Positions 1 through 15,239 of a stretch of DNA of 64,000 nucleotides are shown here, piece by piece; the first letter of the stretch is position 1; every line of letters starts with the position of its first letter. The notes beneath the pieces are model-generated. The model worked only from the letters and a program-made list of their open reading frames with translations, was not told the DNA's origin and did not search any database. This DNA is from Auanema rhodensis (lineage: Eukaryota > Animalia > Nematoda), in NCBI GenBank assembly GCA_964057225.1, contig OZ059899.1, forward strand, positions 14,942,001 through 15,006,000. The letters are read 5' to 3'. The translations under genes and the position numbers were made by a program.

Positions 1-1034
1 ATGTTTCTGAGAGTCTCTTGTGCTCTTCCGAATCTTCAGAGTGACGTTCGACGACGTCTATTCATCAGCCATTTTTGCAGTTTAATGTACATATGTACAT
101 AATTTGACCCAGCTTTAAGTTTGTAACTACTTCAAAATTCTAATAAGTTCATGAATCGTGATGATGTTTTTGAAAAACTCTCCAAAATAACCAAAGAATT
201 TCTGGAATGCCCTTTAACAAAAAATAAGCGGACGACAACATATGAGATTATGTGAAATAACTTTAAATGATCAAAAACAAAAGAAAGTTTGCAATTTTTA
301 CTATATATAGTTATAATAAATAGAAATATGCTATGTACTAATAGAAAAGAGCAACAAGGTAAGCTACAAGTTAGAAATTTGCCAATGTCTAATCAAAGCT
401 GGTCGGCCGTCACTAAAACTTCCCCCGACCTACCCCCCCCCCTTTTCTCTTCCAAGCACCCACCATAAAGAGCAACACACAACCATATCATGATCATCGT
501 TATCGCGTGTCGTCATTATCAGAATCTGAATTTTATCAAAAAAAATTTATATTTTTCATTTCTTTTTTTTTGTTTTTATCCGTATAAAGTTTTTTTTGAT
601 TCAAATTAAGTAGACTGTATGAGAAGTTGATATATCACTTTCATAGTGATAGAACAAGCGTGAAATTATTCTTAAGCTTGTTGCAAATTAAATTTTTTGT
701 TGTAAAAATATTGAAAAAAGAAAAAAAAACGAAAACAACTGATTTGGTTTTCCTTTTACTCCTAACACTACCTCCTCTTCATCCTCCACCACCACCACAT
801 GTACCCATCATTGTCGTCGTTTCAATCATGCAGCTGTTCTTTCTCTCAGAGTAAAACAGTAAATGTTCTTCTTCTTTTTCTTCATATATTGAAGATTTTC
901 AGTTATTTTGAAAATTTTGATCTTAATATTCATTCGATTTTGTAGGCGACATTCTTATATTTGAATTCAAAGATTCTGAATATGTTCAAAATGTTTCTTT
1001 TTCGAAGATTAGTGGCTTTTGAACACAATTTTGT

Positions 1035-1087
<53 letters not shown>

Positions 1088-1507
1088 GATTATTTACTTT
1101 TTCTATGTATTATCATAAGTATATGTATAGAATCATATCAAGAATGTTGGGATAAAAACAAGTAACTTCAGAATCGGTTCAAATTTTCTTTCAAAATTCT
1201 TTTTCCGTGTGAAGTGATTAGTTCAAAAAATTAAATTTGTATATTGGTTGTTTGATATCAAAGACTACCATTTCTCTCTCTCTCTCTCTTTCTCTCACTC
1301 TCTCACTCTCTCACCACTTTTTTCAGGCTTCTCAATTTCGTTTTTGTTGATTATTATGTTCATATATGTATATCTATATATCTATATATACTAAAATAAT
1401 AATATATTTATTTAAATTTGAAACTTTTTCGATTAATTTTCAAAGTTTCACGAATAATTTTTCCTCAACGTATCAATGATCTTAAGACAAAATATTTCTT
1501 CCAATCA

Positions 1508-1553
<46 letters not shown>

Positions 1554-4500
1554 ATATTTCTTTGTAAAGCTATGAACATACATAGTACTACGTACATGTG
1601 TCCTGATACTAGAGGATCAATTACAGATCAGATTCCATCTGAACTCTAGCTTACAGCTTTAACATCCCAGCTTTTACTATATCCTATCACTTGAATTATA
1701 CATGTAAATATCAATGTTCAAAGTAATATTTTATATTTTTCGTTTCATCCTCATACCAGAGAGCAGTAGCGTAGCCTTTGTATGATGTTGCTCATTGCTC
1801 ACATCTTGTATTGTATACAAATCTTTTCAGATACATCTGCATCAACATCTATCATCAGAGAAAAGCCGGTCAGAGTTCATCACCCTCTCTTCAATAGCAT
1901 TTTCGTGCAAGTTTTTACTTATTTTTATGAAAAAAAAAACAATTATGATGGAATGAAAACAATAGTTTTGAGTTTCTCAAATATAAAATATTTTGAAAAA
2001 ACAAAGAAGAAAATATTGAAAAGACTATTAAAAACTGTTTCATTCATTTGTCTTCAGACTACATCAAAAAAAAAAGAGAGAAAAAGAATGATTCTTGTGG
2101 TTATCCTTCAACAGATGATATGAATACAAAATCATTTTTCATTAGTTTCAAGCATTATCCTTGTGATATAATAATATATAATATATACTATATACTATAT
2201 GTATATATCTATATGTATACATATTATGATTTTCCATGAAAATGCCAAGTGGAAGCCAAAATAACTACAATAACTCTTATATACATAGCTAAATCTTCTT
2301 TACTATTTTTTTTTCACAAAAATAAAGAAGAAATATAGGAAAAGCACGGTATTTTTGAAATTTCGTTAAATCAACAACAATAATCTTGCTTTCACTTCCA
2401 AATGTGCCAATGCAAAATGACTATTAAAGGTTTTGTTAGCCAGCTTAACTATTCATGCGTGTGTGTGTGTGTGCTCATTTCTGTCAGTAAATATTTCAAT
2501 TGAGTTTCTGATTATACTAGTTATATCTATGATTATCGGTATAAAAATTTTGAGTACGGAAGTGTATTCAAATTATATGTATAATATATATTTTTCTTTA
2601 TTATTTATTTTCACTCTATATCTCTCTCTCTCTCTCTCTCTCTCCCCTTCTCTCTGTCTCTCCATCTCTCCTTCTCTCTCTCTTTCAATCTTTGTTTCTC
2701 TATATCTTCTCCTTTTTCAGACGTATTGAAACGCATCTTGTGAAAATTGGAGAAGAAAAAGTTGCATTAGCATGAGCATTTTTCATATTTTCATATTAAA
2801 AAGTTACTGTAGACATTGTGTGATGAGATTGGGCTTTGTTTCTCATCTGAAAAATGAAAAAAGTTATTATTAAAACTATTATTATGAATATTATAATATT
2901 AATTGAATGCAACCAATATGGTGTGATTAATAATAATTTTTTTGATCAAATGGTATGAATATATGATATTAGCTTGACGTGTTGCACGCAGCCCGGAAAT
3001 TAGCATAGTTATATATGCTAATTAGGTACTAACTTATATTCATTATCATAGTTAGTTATCAAACAACAAAATAAAGAAAAGAAATACATATGTATGTGTA
3101 TGTATATAAGAAAATAATTATTTTTAAATCATTCAATTTATAGTTTGTAATAGTATGTAGTATATAGTATAATTTCTCTCTCACTCTCTCTCACTTCTTT
3201 TTTATTTTTTTAATTATTTAAAAACAATCTATTTAATTATATATAATATATATATATATATAAAGAATAATTTTAAATGATTTAGTTCTAGCTTATGCAA
3301 TACGTTTCTGAACAAAATTTCTCTCTTTTTTTTTCTTCAAATATCTTGTAATTCCAGGCCATTTGTATTCAATGAAACTGAATGTATCTTGGAAAAAACA
3401 ATTGCAATTCAAAACAACAGAAATGTTCGAATCTGGTTGAACTTTCAGAATTTTTTTTTGTTTTCTTGTCAAGTCATGAACAAGTTGAAATATGCTATAT
3501 ATATATATATGTATAGATATCAAGATATATATACTATGTATATGACAATACGTTTTGGAGCATAAATGCAACTTAAGGATCACATAATCATCACATTATC
3601 AGAGAATTAGAGCTGAATGTATGTATATTGGATGTATATTACTATGCAACTTTCAGTAGTTTATATAAAAAAAATGTGATGGTGGCAAGGAACCAGAGAG
3701 GGAAAGAACCTTTGGAGGATACATGTGCAGTACTAAAATGAGGGGGGAGAAACCTCTGAAGTCTATATGAAAGAGGGAGAGAGATGGAGGGGGAGAAGAA
3801 CCCGTAGATGTAAGTGTGTATGTGCAAATTCGTGCATGTGTCCGCCATTGTGTGCATGATCTCAAGTATATATTTTTTTCGTTTTAAAAAACGAAGCATT
3901 TATCTTTATTCATACTATTTTAACTATATTACCTATATTTTAAAATTATTTTTATAATATATATATATATATATATATATTTATAATTCTAAATTTAAAT
4001 ATATATTATATATTATTATTATTATTATGCTTAATGAACTTTCATGCATTTTTGTGCGTGACGTTGTCAGAAGTCATTGAAGTTTTATTGTTTTTACAGA
4101 AAAGTATAACAGAGTAGGTTATGCAACAACGACGACGACGACGACGACGACGTTCACTACAGCATCTGGAGATTGATCAAATGGAAAAGTTCAATTACAT
4201 TTATCCTGTTCGGAAGGAAAATTTATGTTTTCTATATATGAGCATGATGAGAGCCCACATGTACCGACGATCACAAACAGGCTCGACGTATTTCACTCGT
4301 ATTCCATCCACTCACATACATGCATAGTCCAGTGGGTCTTGTTATACCATTACGTCATCTAACTGTCGTCCTTCTTCCTCAATCAGCATCCTCTTCCGTT
4401 TTCATTGATAAGGTACATTTGCTACATTCACACATGTTCTTGAGGTTCTCCGAGAGTGAGATAGGGAGAGAAAGACAAAGAGAGATGTTGAGATTTCAGA

Positions 4501-6654
4501 AGACACAGCAGACTCGGAGAGCAAGCGAGAGAGATAGGGGTTAAGAGTAGGCAGAAGGACCGAAAGTAGCACGTACGCAAATTATATCAACGCTACTCTT
4601 TCTTAACAATTTTCTTTTCAAGAATTTGAAATTTGCTCCTTTGTTTCCTCAAGACTAAATTTGTTTTTATTCTTCTTTTTATCATCAAAAATTATACGTT
4701 TCGATTACTAAATTATTCTGTTTATTTTTGTGTATTTTCAGTTCACAAGAGGCATTTATTCAATTTTGAATTCAAATCCTTAAAGTTCGTTCGATTATTC
4801 TCTTTTTCATTCATCGTTAGTGTCAGTGCCATATGAGCACTGCACGAAAAGGTCAACGTCATGATGATGAAGTGATGTGAACTAGCTACCTCACGGGACA
4901 AAAACGCTTTGTTAGCATATTTTACAACGAAAAAAAACAACAAGAAGAGAAAGAAAAAAGAAAAAAGAAGGAGAAGAAATGATGGTAATGAGAATATAGC
5001 AGGTTATTGCTTTGCTCTCCAGCACGCTTTCTGCCTCTCCGCCCCGCATTCCCATTCCCTCTGTCTATCTGTCATGCCTTTCGGTACGACGGATACGTCT
5101 TCAAAATGCAGATAAGATTGCATCCAGAATAAGAATCAGAGTTAAAAAAAGAAGTTTGGAAGGCATCGCCGTCAAAACGATGCCGTCGTCTGTTATCCAT
5201 CCGGCTTTCTCATTCTCACTTTGAACATGTTTTGAATAATGAATGAGTGCTTCGGGAGCTATTTGTTTTCATGTTTCAATCTACATTTCACATTTCAACT
5301 TGTTACTTTTCAACTTCTCATTCGTTTTTCTGTTTTGTTTTTTATGTCTCATTGTTAATCTTAACTGTATACTTATATTCATCTTTTGGACGTTTAGCCT
5401 TCTCCCAAAGGACGTTTATATGACTTCTATTCACTCTACGTGTCATTCTTCTCTAGTTCTCACTCGATTCTTCTTCTTTTTTTCTCTTCGATCCTGATCC
5501 GATCAAGCTACGATGACACGTGTTGTTGATGTCGTCGTCGTTTATCTCTAGCTATCTTCACAAGCAGCTTGTTACTTCTATTCTACTTGTCATTATTTCA
5601 ATTTGTATCATGTGTGTGTATCTGTGTGTAGATAGAGCCCGAACATGTCAAATTTCATTTCCTACCGCTCCTGATGTCCACATCTTATCTATGAACAAGT
5701 TCACAATCTCTCACCAAATTACTCTCTCTCTGACGTCATGTTCGATTCTGTGACTTTCTCGACGTAATGTCACTCCATAGCATCGATAGTAACAGAAGCC
5801 GTCGTTCGTATTAGTTGAATTCTGTCTAGACATGCCTCAAGTCATAACTAGCAAACGTTATGTCAAAGACTTCTTTCCCAAAAATATATTGAAATACGAT
5901 AGTGTTTGACTTTTGTGGTTACCTGCATACCATAGCTTCCCTTTGAAGCGAATGTCTCTTTTCATCCAACCACCCAGATCAAAAACACATATGTTTAGCA
6001 GAAAATTAAAGAACTTCCGCCTTTGCTTGCATCAGATTGAGGCTCAAGTCGTTCATTCTCCCCTCCTCTCGCTCCGTGTCATCTTCCACCTGATTTTCAC
6101 ACAGACATAGATATTTCGATGAAAAATTCATTTCACAACTACCTTAAGCCATTACTCTTTATCTATACTGAGAATAAATTTCCTTTCAAGATGCTAACAT
6201 TCAAGTCGTCAGCAGCATCGGCGACGAATGAATGACATTACTGAACTAGGTAATCTGGAATCCATTCATCTTCTGATGTTTGGACGAGTTCAAGCTCGAA
6301 ATTCGCCAAGTTCATATGAATAAGAAAGAATTCTTTTTTCTTCAATTCTTGCGAGATGACACCTAGAATTCTATAGAATTCATTTGTCCCAAAAGATTTC
6401 TTATTTTTGAATTCTTTTGGTTAACTCAAATTTCGATGGAATTTTAAAACAGTTTGAACACGTCCTTACTCCCTTACTCCCTTCTCTCTCTCTCTCTCTC
6501 TCTCGCTGTTTATTTACCTTTTTCTATGTATAAATATCTCTGGATGTATACCTTTTTTTTTAATTTTTCGTGGTACCTGATTTTCGTTTTTTGAGGTTGT
6601 GATTGACTCCTTTTTCACTATCCACCTCACTCACTCTATCTCTTTCTCTCTCTG

Positions 6655-6660
<6 letters not shown>

Positions 6661-6731
<71 letters not shown>
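6661..6731 (+). repeat. (TC)n microsatellite, representative of many tracts in 1-17 kb
   Basis: Perfect TC run; similar tracts near 1019, 1511, 8406, 10099, 10759, 11191, 15186, 16309; GA-oriented near 7202, 13013, 14620. Confidence 0.98.
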
Positions 6732-6733
<2 letters not shown>

Positions 6734-7199
6734 CTCACATTCATCTCAATTTCAATAGTTTCGAGGGAGAATTGAAAAAAAATTTGGTTTGTCGTTGTTC
6801 AGGGCCACACATATGTTGAAATCGGAGATATTTAATGAAAACATCTGCCTTTTTGACCAATATTCGATACTCAATTTCTAACAAGCTCATCCAAAATTTC
6901 ATATTATCCGAATGAAATAACAGTATTTTTGAGTCAAAATAACAAAATAATTTTAAAATGAGATGAATGTACTGCCTTTTATAACCTTGAGAGAGACAAA
7001 AAAAACCACTACCACCACCACCGTCATGGCCAGCAGCCGTTCCATGAAGCAAAATAACAAATACGATTGTCAGAAAAAGAGAGAAGGATTGAAACTATTT
7101 TTAGTTTTTGTCTATATGAATATCGTCGTCATCGTCAAAGCTTCACTCTTTATACTCAATTCTGATGATGACGATAGCGACAACTGTTTACTAGACATT

Positions 7200-7247
<48 letters not shown>

Positions 7248-7569
7248 ATTTTCGATGAACACGATAACGCTGTACTAGCAAGAAAATAATGTTGTAGAAT
7301 CAAGATAAATACTCGTGTAAGATGTAAAATAAAAAAAAATAGAAGAATAAATGAAGAGAGCAAGAGTATTTGAGAAAAACTAAGTTGATACAACTCAAGC
7401 CATGATCTCAATTCTCTTTTTCCTATGTTATCCCATTTCTTTTTTTTTGTCAATTACTATTGTTGGAGAGAGAATAACCATTATAAGACTAAAAAACATA
7501 AAACAGAGAAAGTGAGAGAGCGAGGGGGTGAGAAGTGAGATAAAGGGGGAGGAAAGGAATGTAAGGTTA

Positions 7570-7656
7570 GAAGGCTCTAAAGAACAGCATCAACTGGAAG
7601 GCTCTGGAGAACTGGAGAACAGCATCAGTTTGAAGGCTCTGGAGAACAGCAGCAGC
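7570..7656 (+). repeat. Degenerate minisatellite (gaaggctct..agaacagcatca, three copies)
   Basis: gaaggctct at about 7572, 7597 and 7632, each followed by agaacagc. Confidence 0.8.
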
Positions 7657-8400
7657 ATAGATGGACAGATGTTATAACAACTCTGATCTCATCAACAGTA
7701 ATATATCATAAAAGCTTCAACTCGAAGCAATGCACTCTATTGCTTACCTTTTTCTACAATTCTCAGCTTTGCCCACAATTCCTTGATGGCACATATATCA
7801 AGCATATTACCAAAAACATGCACTTGCACCCCAGTTTCTGCTGCTCTAGCTGTGGTGTTTGCTGCTATTGATGTGACGCTTCAGTTACGGTCAAGTCTTC
7901 CCCTCCCCCATGCATGATAATAGAATAACCAAGATAGTAAAACTCGAAATTGGGACAAAGTTGCTGTCGTTGATAGAATCTGCCGTCGGGCATCTTCACA
8001 TGTTCATGCCACCCGCTAACAAACTTATCTAGTCTCATCAAAGCAGCTTTTTCGCGTACTTGTTTCTATGACACATCTCAATAGTGAGAGGCTTTGAGTA
8101 AGAGAGGAAAACTCAAGCTTCAACTTATGCTTCATACTAGTTATTTCATAGTAATATTTAATTTATGTTTACTAAACTATGTGTTGAATTTCGAAAATTC
8201 CACGAAAAAGACCAATCGCAGCAGAATATCAAAAACTCTTCCAGAAGTAATTTCCCTCTCTCTCTCTTTCTCTCTCTCCTTCTCTTCTTATATGCATCTG
8301 TACTCTCCCTCTTAATACTCTTTATATAACAGCCGAGATCAGAATTTCTTTCATTCTCATAACATCTTACTGCTACTTTCTAATCTTTCTCATCCTTTTT

Positions 8401-8468
<68 letters not shown>

Positions 8469-10089
8469 AAGCAGATTCTTTGAACTCGTTGAGCTCTTAT
8501 GTTTTGAAATCAATGTTGATGACACGTAAGGTATTTGTTTTCCTGATGTATCATTTGCAGAAAAATGGAGGAAAAGCGTTTTTTAAGCTTTTTGGCAGTT
8601 CTTCTTCATCACTCAACCATCAATCATTACAATCCTTCGACATCGTTTTCACACAATTTGAACTTAAGTTATCTTAAGCTTTTCGGAATTCATCATTTCT
8701 CATTTCTCTGTGTTCTCTCTCTCTATCTCTCTTTTTCTCTCTTTCTCTCTATTAACCTATAGCATATCTTCTTTTTCTTTTTCTTTTAACTCTCTCAACT
8801 GAGTTTATAGTTATTTTTTTTCTTTTTTTACCATCTATCTCTCCATATCTCTTCTATCTCTATACTCTCTTCTCTGTATCTCTGAAAGAGAGATGCAAAA
8901 GTTAGTTGAAAGAAACAATTAAGAGAAAAATAACTTCAGAAGACTTTTAATGACTATTTATCTATTATTTGTATTTATATACATACAAAAACAAACATAT
9001 TACACTCAATTTACTATTATACTTTAACAATAACTGTTCCACTCATCTTCATTCTTCATATCATTTCATCCACAAAATACATTTTAGCTATAAGCCCTGA
9101 CGGTTATTTTGTTTGTATACAGTAGATAGATGTATCTTTTACCAAATGTAGATCATATTTTGGTCTTTTCTCACCGACATATTATAAACATGTTGCTTGA
9201 AAGAAAGCTTTAAGCTATTGTATACATGTGTCCATCGAGTTATTCCACCAACAATTCCTCTTCTTTCCTCTTTTTCCTCCTATTTCCATTAACGTTTATC
9301 GCTCTCTGTCACTTGTTCTCTCTATGTTTCTCTCTTTATTAATATTTCCCTCATTATATTTCATCCTTATACCTTTGCTTTCCATTCTAGCATCTGACAC
9401 TTCTTTACTTTTCATTACTTGCCATCAGTTCTTCCACTCATCATCATCTCATCCTACGTACTCAATCATCTGCTTGTCGACTCACCTTACAAAAAAAAAT
9501 TTTTTTGAGAAAGCTACTGAAGCATCTGATTCAAGTTCATACAAAATCCCAGTGTTTTCTCTTAGAATATTGCATATACCTCATCTCTAACCCGGTTATC
9601 CACCGTTAAAGCATGCCAACCGCTTGCTTTACTCTTTCATTGAATTATACTCCGTTCTCCCCTCTCTCTCTATCTCTCTGTTTCTCTCTCTTTTCATAAT
9701 AACTTTTCTAGTTTTTTTCCAATTCATTTTATCTATTATATCTGGCAAGAAAGCTTTGTTTTCAGTTCCTTTTTAGTTATAAAAGCTCCGAAATGGGTAC
9801 GATGGTCTTGACAGCCTTAAGGGAGGATGTCTTAACTGAAAAAAAGGTTCCAAGAGCTCAATTGACAAAGACCAAGAAAAATAAAGAAAAAAACTTGTAT
9901 ATATAACGAGAAAGGAACTCAGGAATAGCTTAACTAGTTCTTGTTTCTGAGTTAACTGCTGTCGTTTCAAAAACATTTTTTTTTGTAATTATATTGTATT
10001 AAAATGAAAATTTAACTATAATTGCCAATATATTTAAAAAAATTTAAAGTTAATTTAAAGTTTTCTTTTTCTCTCTCTCTCTATCCCCC

Positions 10090-10164
<75 letters not shown>

Positions 10165-10754
10165 TCTTTTTCAAAGTTATATTTCAATTTATTCTGTTCA
10201 TAGTACTAGTAGAATCAGCAGTTTTTTATGAGTTTGATCTTCATTTCTACAACATTGTGATCAGTTATTTGAAGAAAATACATTAATTTCCTTCAAATCT
10301 CAACATATTGATAGGTTGAAAGATAAGAAAGTTGAACAAGTGCTTAAAGATGTAGAGAAAACGAAGAAAAACGCGTTGAAATGAGCAAGGAAGAAGAAGA
10401 AAAAAAAACGAAACAGAAGACGAAGACAAGGAAGTATAGTTAGTAATACCAGTAATAGATCATGTACATATGTATATGTACATACTCATCCATATATACA
10501 TATACAACATACATAGTTAAAGAATTTTTACTATCAAGTAGTAACTATATATAGAAAAGAGTATGAGAATAACGAGAGAGAGAGAGAGAGAAACAAAAAA
10601 AATAATTGCTTTAATGGTATTCATACCATATATCTTTCTAAAATATAAATTTATTTATGTATTTTAGTCTTGATGTAGTATGTATTATGCTCTTCATATG
10701 TTGTCTTCTCATTTTGATATAACAAAAACCAAAAAAAAGGAAGAAAAAGATTAT

Positions 10755-10819
<65 letters not shown>

Positions 10820-11184
10820 TCGATCTTGAGCTATATAGAGCAATGTATGGATACTGACCACTATTGTTCTATTCATCATTATAGATTTATAAACATATTA
10901 TTCGTGTTATTTATGCTTCTTTTCACAAACTTTTACGCAAATGCTTGCGCTTCCTTAACTCTTCTACCAGCTCGTCTACTGCTAATTCAGCACATCCACC
11001 CCCTCCCTAACTCTAATCCTCTGGATTTTCCCCTATTTCACGTCAGACTACTCGTCATGTCTCGTAACACGCCTGGCTGGTCAATTTCATTTAGTATTCC
11101 ATGTCAGACTGTAGAGCGGTTGAGCACGACGATGAGTAGATTCATGGTTGCTTTTCTCTTTCTCTCTCCCCTCTCTCTTTCTCT

Positions 11185-11247
<63 letters not shown>

Positions 11248-13011
11248 GATCTCTCACTCAGTAACTCAAATCAGACTTTGTGCATAGTTGAATTTCATCT
11301 CTTTCTAGATCTGATCACTAAATTATAATGAAATCTTGTTATATCATCTGTCCCATTGAAAACAAATTTGATGAAAAAGAACTATTTCGGTGAAATGCTT
11401 GAAAATAAAACTTTAAGAAATGAATGAAAGTGCAGTATAGGTATCAGATTGTAACCTGAGCAGTTGTCTTATGCCAATTTTCCAGCATTAAACCCATTGT
11501 TCTTGTTTTTCCATTGTAAAAATATTAATTTTTTCTTGTTACTTAGTTATTTGACTGTGTTTGTTTTCACTTTTTGCCATTTCTTACGTCTACAACTTCT
11601 CTATTGTGATCGTTTGATGGCTGGTAGGCTGTTTTGACTTCATCATGATGCTCTTTTACCGATCCATCTCGTACAACTTCATCATCTTCATCATTTTGCT
11701 CATCATCGACATCTCGTCTGATAGTTCTAGCTCACTTCTCTCATGACTTTTCTCGATATTTTCATTATATTCAACAAGATAATCAGCTGTTTCTGACATT
11801 TTTAATGACTTAGTTTTGAATGAAGAAGCTTAACCTGTTCCTGTTCCTGTTCATAGCTTTTTCTTCCTTCAAAATAGATCTTCTGAAGTTGATTTTTCAA
11901 ATTTCACCAGCTAATGTTACTATTAGAATGAGATTTTACATGTGCCTGTCAATGTGTTAGTGAGCATCTATCATTGTCAGATATAAAACTTACACCTACT
12001 ACAATCTCATTTAGCTGCTCGCACTCTTTTCTTTTGTATTTCCTTGTCTTCTTATCATATATCTTGTCTTGTTCTCCTCGTTCTCTTCTACTTCTCCATC
12101 TTGTTCTTCTACTTATTCTCATTCTTGTTTCAGCTTTCTACATTGTTTCTTCTTTGTCAAAGCCATTTGTTCATTCTAACTCTTCACTTGGCCCATATTT
12201 TTCTCTTTTGGCTTATCGTGTTTCCGAACTCTGTTGCAACTTCGTTTTTTTTCTTTTTGAATTTATTCCATACCCCTCCTCTTCGCTGCCACCTCTTACT
12301 CCATTTCTTGCTTCTTGTCAGTTCTTTCACTACTATTTCTTCGTTTCTCTCTTTCTGTATAACGTTAGCTTTCTCTCTTCCCCTCGAGGGCAACAATTGT
12401 CTTCCATCTATGAATCAGAAAATGTGTCGTTGAGGCCATCTCTGTCTTTGCCAGCTTATCTTCAAGTAATTCTATGTTTGACTTCAACTGTTGAGCTCAG
12501 CTCAGTGACCATCTCGTCTTAGTCGTCTCTATCTTTCTGAACCTTTTTGTCATTCTCTTCTTCTTTATCTATACTCTCTCTCTCTCTTAAATTACTCTCT
12601 AAAATTACTCTTCCAAATTATTCTCTCTTCCTATCCCTCTCTCTTCCCCTTTTCCAGCTCACACATCACTTATTCTGTTCAAAAATCTTTTTTTTTAGCT
12701 CAAACTTTCTAATAATACGCATAATTATATGAATATTATGCGTAAATTGGGTAAAAAATGTGGAAAAAGATTATTTAATTTATGATTTGTATCGTCATCA
12801 TCAACTAATATCCATCCATATATGATCCATTAGCTATATTACCTTTAACAACTTTTTTCATTTTCTTTTCTCTTTTGTTCTTCGGTTTCTTCTCTTCTTT
12901 CTTTCATTTATTTATAACAGCATAGCATCTTCCTGTTTCATACAAATGAAATAAGTAAATCACAAGAATCTGAGAACAGAAATCTCAAAGAGAGTGAGAG
13001 AGAGAAATAAG

Positions 13012-13043
<32 letters not shown>

Positions 13044-13829
13044 TAAAGAGAGATCTAGTATTAGAGAATTGAAAACAGCTCTTTGAACTCCTACTACCAC
13101 CTACAACAAACGACCTTCTTATACAACATCAAAAGACCAACAGATGTATCTTGAACATTACCTCCCTCACTGAAACAATACTCTCGTTATGCTGAAGTTA
13201 TTCTCTCTTAGCATGAATGAGTTTTCTTTCTTTAAAAACTGCTCAGTCTTCTTCCGAAAACGAAGAAGAACACGAAGAAGAAGAAGATGATGACGACATG
13301 ACGATGGACCCAATGATTCTGCATGCCAACACCCTTGGACTTTTGCTCAGCATCACCTCATGTCTTTTTTCTTCTTCTCTATTTATCTATTCATAAATAT
13401 ATATTTTTGGCATCTCCCCTAACCTTGAATCGCATCATTTTGCAATTTTGATCAACTTAGTATCAGATTTGGTTGTTAGCTTACTTGCAGAATCTCGGCT
13501 AAAGAGAGATCTGGTATTAAGAGATTCTGGAAGATCTAGTAAATCAGTAATCTGTATTATTGTACTAATGCTACTTCTTCTACTTTATTCAACTTATACT
13601 TCTATAACTACTAGAAGAAATTTCATATTTTTCTCCCAAACAATTCAAATTTCAATGTGTTTCCAAAATAAAATGAGCATCTATTTGGTCATATGAATGA
13701 GATGAGCCTGAACTGCAATTGACGATGGACAGGACGACGTTGTTCCCGTTTATTCTGAATATTCGTTCATACTCATTGTTCCCGTTCACTTACTTCATCA
13801 TCTTCTCATCATATTTTTCTTTCTTTTTT

Positions 13830-13875
13830 TTCATCTCCAGCTTCATCTCCAGCTTCATCTCCAGCTTCATCTCCA
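13830..13875 (+). repeat. 12-bp tandem repeat (ttcatctccagc, about 3.8 copies)
   Basis: Directly visible; it produces the spurious MKLE and FISS repeats in the ORF track. Confidence 0.95.
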
Positions 13876-15182
13876 ACCATCTTCTTTTTTCGTTTTTTTC
13901 TCGTTTTTCTATGTTTTTTCTTGTCTTAATTTTCATTTCAAAGTTGTGATTCATGAAAGAAGAAAAAAAAAGAAAATTATGATTAAAAATTTCCGAAATC
14001 GGGAAAGAATAACGAGAGAGCGGAGACCTTTTTATTCCTTTGATGCGATTTATCACGAGAAAAAAAATTTTAATAATCTACTTTTCAATGATTTCCTGCT
14101 CCATGAGTGACTTCTTTCACATATTTCTAATTCCCACGTTTCAATGGGTGTTTTATTCGTCTTCATTTGCGAAATTTAAGAAATCACAGCTTTAGTCGTT
14201 AACCATAAGATATTGCCTACGGCTTTTCTAAACTAAGAAGAAATTCGGAAAAATAACGTCATGTTCATATCTTGAAGTGGTATTTCCTTCGTCATTTGGT
14301 TGAGTTTTTTAATAATCTTTATTCTTGTTCTTTTCAACTTTTTTCTTACCTTTTACATATTTTACTTAAGCTTAACATTCATTTACTATTTTTTTTCTTT
14401 TCCCTTTCAGAACTTACCATCTATCTTCTTTATTGATTTTTTGAAATAAAAATTTAAATGTATAGAAAGCCAACAACCGCTCTACTGGCTAGTCTTATGC
14501 AAAATAATCGTCAAGCTTTTTGATTACGTGTGTTCACGTGGAGAGTTGTGTCACGTACATGAAATTTGACGACGCTAACATTAACTCTTGTATATGCTGG
14601 TAGTCAGGAGGAAAGAGAGGGAGAGAGAGAGAGAGAGAGAGAGAGTAGGGTAAAGAGAGAAACTAGCAAATTAAGGAGAAGAGATGAGAGGGTGGTTGAA
14701 AGAACATGATAACAATAACAATTACTATAACTATATATAGTAATTGTTATAATATTTGAGCATATTTAATATCAAACGTGTATGAATCATCTATTTCGTT
14801 CATGTTGAAGTACTAATTGGATTGGCTAGGCAGAAGCCAAAAAAGGAGTAATGCTCACCCTTCTATGCATCTCAATATACATATGATTATGTGTGTGCGT
14901 CTCGTGTATAGAAATACTATCAAGTAGTATATCATTCTAACAATGTTATTATTATTATTTTGTCTCTTAATTATGTAAATAGTTAAATATATAATATGTT
15001 GTTTTTGAATTTTCAGCTTATTCATTGGCAGCATGTGTGGTCGGATTGTATTCCAACACGTAGCAGCAGGGCCACAATGCGTAGCAGTACTAATACTAGT
15101 AATTCTCTTATGAGTTAGCCTTTTCTTCTCATTCATAAACTTTCGAATTTTACCTCTCATCATCCAACTACTTACTGCATCA

Positions 15183-15239
<57 letters not shown>

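Noticed and set aside
4121-4327. Poly-Arg ORF after a tttacag acceptor
   Set aside because: Driven by a (CGA)n trinucleotide repeat; no in-phase partner exons found.
7570-7656. Repeat-spacer appearance, or an EGSG proteoglycan-like exon
   Set aside because: Eukaryotic degenerate minisatellite; units change frame and there are no splice sites or unique spacers.
12933-12940. CTGTTTCA (piRNA Ruby core)
   Set aside because: Isolated hit; another lies in an ero-1 exon. No cluster-like density.
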